Assembly (NCBI GenBank): GCA_051294375.1
Contig: CM119263.1
Location: 2,488,182-2,552,181, forward strand
From: Paraspadella gotoi
Lineage: Eukaryota; Animalia; Chaetognatha
Direction: 5' to 3'
Length of the DNA stretch: 64,000 nt
Made by a program: the position numbers and the translations under genes. The notes beneath the pieces are model-generated. The model had not been told where the DNA came from and did not search any database. It saw only the letters and a program-made list of their open reading frames with translations. This document shows positions 60,033-64,000 of this stretch, in pieces (positions within the stretch are counted from its first letter, which is position 1; every line of letters begins with the position of its first letter).

Positions 60033-62479
60033 TTTTTCACGTGGGGGTCTTTCTCACGAGGGAAGGGGAAGGGGTGAGAAACAAAAAAAAAGGGAGAAAA
60101 CCTTTTTTTTTCTGTTTTCCTTCAATGCGGGTGACCGGAGTCGATTTGGCGGAGTCGGAGTAAAGCTCCGATTTGCGTGAGTCGAAAGTAACGAATTTCT
60201 TCGTTGAAAAACATTGAGAGACGTCGGCGTCACCGAAGCGACGAGGACGATCCACGATCGATCCTCATTGACTCCAATTCGTGGTGAGACTTGGCTAACG
60301 TGTAGATGAGGCTACGTCGGATCGGTTCACGTCCCTTTAAATCACACTGTGACGATTCAAAGGGTAAAAAGTGAATGATTTTTGCTTTGCGGATTCAGGG
60401 AATTATGAGAAATGGAATTAGGAGGTGAAAGCCGAAGAGAGCAGAAAGTCAACAAGAACCGTTACGTTGAAAGTGTGACGCCGCACTAACTCTTATGTAA
60501 TGCATTTCCAAATAATTACGTGACCATATAAATATAAAATATTGGGATTAAAGAGCCGAAATCCATGAAGGGTATAGGTTCCCAACTGATGACCTTCCCA
60601 TTGTATAAACATAAAAAATAAAAAATATTCAAAAAATAAATAATTAAAAAGTAAAATAAAAGAAAAAAGGAAAAAAAAAATTTAATTAAAATATTTTAAA
60701 ATTATATTCATAACATAAGGGTGCCCCTATAGTCCTTTCCCCAGTATGTATCCCTATCAGAACATACAATTCTACATGGTAGTCTTATCCCTATTGGTAA
60801 AAAAATCAATATAACGTTGGCCCCCTAAAAAAAATTATCCATTCCCACCCCTTTCTGTTCAGCCTTTTAGATATTATGATTTTTCATAAATGACTTTCTA
60901 ACAGAAATGATGTGTGATATCTATTAGAAAACTAGGACAGATAGTAATCTAACCTTGTGTTGTATAGATGCTCCCTCTATTTCCAGAAGACAACACTGAC
61001 TTCCCCTTCCCAAATTGAATTATTAGATAAAAAAAACATTTTTAAAAAAGAAAGCAATATATATTTGTTTAAATAATAAAAATTAAATACTAAATCCTTC
61101 ATAAAATATAAAAATAGAAAATAGTGAAACAAGTAATTTGCAAATTTTCATATATATGTAATTAATATTAAATAATTTATCATTTATTTGTGAATTAATA
61201 ATACTAAAAATAAGCTTATAAACTTTCTAATTATAAAAAGTTTTTATTAATATCTCACTTCTCTATTAAATATTAATTAAAATAATTTAACATTCTATAA
61301 TTTTTTTTATAAATTATATCATATATTTTTAGTTAATCATGTAACTGGACTATGAAACATACATATTATTCATCTTGTTACCTTATTATTCATTACCCTA
61401 TTACTAAATATAAATTAAATTTCTTTCATATTAGCAAAACTATAAAATTAAAAATATGAAAGATCGACCAAATAACAGAAAAAAGGCAAACACTACTCTC
61501 GGCGCAACTAAAAAGACGACAAAACTGAAAAAACACTACTACTAAGATAGAAACGGAAACTTACAAAGACTACGAAGTATAAGATAAAAAGAATTTTAAT
61601 GTAAGATGTAAGCAAAATATTTATTTACCAAATATTTCTTAATGCCATTAATGATGAACTGAAAGAATAGATAGAGATAGAAATGATATTTTTAAGTTAG
61701 CAATGTTGTACGATTCTGCGTTTTTGGGAATGAACCGAGTAAACCGCTCGTTCTCACTTTCACCGACTACAGCATTCCAATGAAAGATGAATCTTTTGCT
61801 TAGACAGACTGCGGTTAGCTCTCGAGAACAAGGAAAGAAATTGAATCTCTTATCAAAGCAGAATTGAAATCAAGCCACGATTACCACCGATCAAAACCAC
61901 AAGAAACAGGGAGTGGAGGGGGCGGAGGCGTCAGGATTTTCAAGAAAGTGATTCTATCAAAAATCGACAATTTGGACCAACTCATTTTAGTATTTCTTTC
62001 CTTTATTAAAAAAAAAGTAACGAAATTTCAAGTTCAAAGACCAAATTTCAACCGTCTGGCGATGATTGGTTGAGACTTCAAAAGTTCAAGGGCCTCAGGG
62101 CAATAAAATAAAACGATGGCTCATACTATAGTCGTAGTCTGGGGCAAAACAGTCCAACGACAAATAAACTTTTAGGCAAAACTGAAAAAGACTAATTTTT
62201 AAGCGTCTTAAAGAAATTTTTAATGCATGTACGTTCTCCATTGTTTCGAATAAATGAATAGAGTTTTTTTTACTAGACTTTAAAAAAGAATTACGAAGAA
62301 TAAAATACAAACTAAATTGGAATATACATATTAGCCGTCGGACTTCAATATCCGCATTTTTTTTTGCATCGCGGATGAGATTAGATCCAAAACGATTAAG
62401 TGATGGCGTTGAGGCATAATTATTATTCCAAATATTCGGAATTGTGGGCGCTTAACGTAAAAATAATCCATGTGATACC

Positions 62480-63300
62480 CAGAGGCGCTCCGGAGTAATC
62501 CAGGGTAGGGAGAGCGCCCGGGGCAAGAAAGCGCGACCGAACGCAACGTTTCCTCTCTTTCTCTCTCTCTCTCTCCGGCGGGTGAACGAGTTCGCACGAG
62601 GGGGTGGGTGGGGGAGAGAGAGAGCCAGCGGGGAAAAAAATCACTCGGTGTCGATTGATTAACGCGACTGAAAAAAGATCCGAAGGGGGAGGTGGAGGAA
62701 TGAACGGGGTATTGTGGACGTCGAGACCCGTCGTTTCCCGAATTATCGGAACATAATCCAGTCGATAATGCACCGTGGAAGGAAAGGAGGAAGAAAGAGA
62801 AGAGAAGAGAAGAGAAGAGAGAGAGAGAGAAAAAAAAAGAAACGGGTGGCCAGAGAGGGAGGGATGGAAGTAGTGGCCGACGGGCGAAGGAACGAACAGC
62901 AAAAGCAGTGAGTGCAACTCGCAGATTCCTAGTCCTCCTCTTCTTTCCTCCTCGTCTCCTCTTCCTCGCGGAGAGAGACGGCTTCTTTCCCGGATTGGTG
63001 GGGAACCAGACTCGGCTCTTCCTCCTCCTCCTCCTCCTTATTCCTCCGGCGCGAGGAACACAAACTAGTGTAGTGGTCGTCGTGTCGGGGAAGCTCTGCC
63101 TTCCGAGCCAAAGAAGAAGAAGAGCGAAGAAAAGAAGGCATCGAGCCGCCTTGCTTTTTTTTTTCCTTTTGCTTTTTTCTTTTTCCAAGGGGACGATCGT
63201 GGGTGAGGGAGGGGGGGGAGGAGAAAGAACGCGAAGGCTGAAACCATCGCGAGGGGTCGATGCCGCGATCGACGCGGGAACGAGACTCATCCAATACCGT
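62480..63300. promoter_or_regulatory. CpG-rich island upstream of PMCA (putative promoter / 5'UTR, possibly bidirectional)
   Basis: CpG-rich stretch with (CT)/(GA) tracts, about 2.5 kb upstream of the PMCA ATG. A small + strand exon-like unit tttacag|...GAG|GTAA lies at 63505-63557. Confidence 0.45.
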
Positions 63301-64000
63301 TTTTAAACATAGTAAAAATCTCAATTCGTGCCAAGTGTGGCCCAGTGTGGGAATATTCGCATAGATCAAATTTTCGCTAATCGAGTCAAACTAGAATGAG
63401 CGGATCTTAGGGCGGTATAATTACTTAATTTACCATAATTAAATTGTAAAGCAAAATTTTCGAATTTTCCAAGGACAATAAATTGTGATCTTTTGTTTTT
63501 ACAGGTTTTTCTTTCTGGGATGTCTTTCGCAGTTCAGGTGTGTGGTCAGATCTTGAGGTAACTTCATGTTTCTAGGTCCTGAAATTTTATCGAAATCTAA
63601 TGCAAATATGTTCTGAACTGTAGCAAGAAAACTATTGATGTGAGGCGTAATTTTAAGATAACTTGCTTCCTTCTCAAAAAAAATATGTGGTCTAGCATTT
63701 GAATTCCATACAACAAATCTGTCTTAGTTGCTATTGAAACTTTTCTTAGGTCATTTTTGCCACACTGCTCGATTATAACTCCTTTTTTCGACATACTGCT
63801 TGCTGAGCTAAATTATATTTTGACTGATAAAATTTTGTAATTTCTTTCATTTTCGCTTTTCATCATTCTCTGTCTTACTCAAGGGGACTTGTTTTCAACT
63901 TATTCCTTATGCCAATAAATTAACTGTGGTTGAAAGAGATTTTCAGAAGAACTGACTAAAGATCAATTTGCACACAAATTAAGATAATTTTGTTTTTAAA

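Noticed and set aside
62331-63369. 319-aa and overlapping ORFs in the PMCA upstream island
   Set aside because: Low-complexity GC-rich promoter/UTR sequence open in several frames, with no recognisable motifs.

Overview
AT-rich, intron-rich eukaryotic genomic DNA with N-gaps, microsatellites and patches of noisy sequence; an invertebrate animal is inferred and the species cannot be determined. Two convergent genes dominate. (1) On +, a 9-exon gene (about 13269-28906) is predicted to encode a protein of about 4000 aa. It has an N-terminal adenosine-deaminase (ADA)-fold domain that has lost three of four Zn ligands and the catalytic Glu. This is spliced in frame to 15 tandem AK1-type adenylate kinase domains, 14 of them in one 10.4-kb exon. 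Three blocks of an unrecognised ~98-aa Trp/Tyr/His-rich repeat interrupt the array. (2) On -, a complete plasma-membrane Ca2+-ATPase (PMCA/ATP2B) gene (ATG at 60032) has candidate cassette exons at splice site A and at least four alternative last exons at splice site C (41.3-31.5 kb). The window also has a probably artefactual duplicate of the ADA exons at 1-2166, an unidentified error-ridden + strand gene at about 2.9-8.9 kb, tRNA-derived SINEs, foldback/MITE-like repeats, and a short insertion carrying a hammerhead-ribozyme motif. The most notable candidate for an undescribed system is the pseudo-ADA plus 15xAK plus novel-repeat giant protein.
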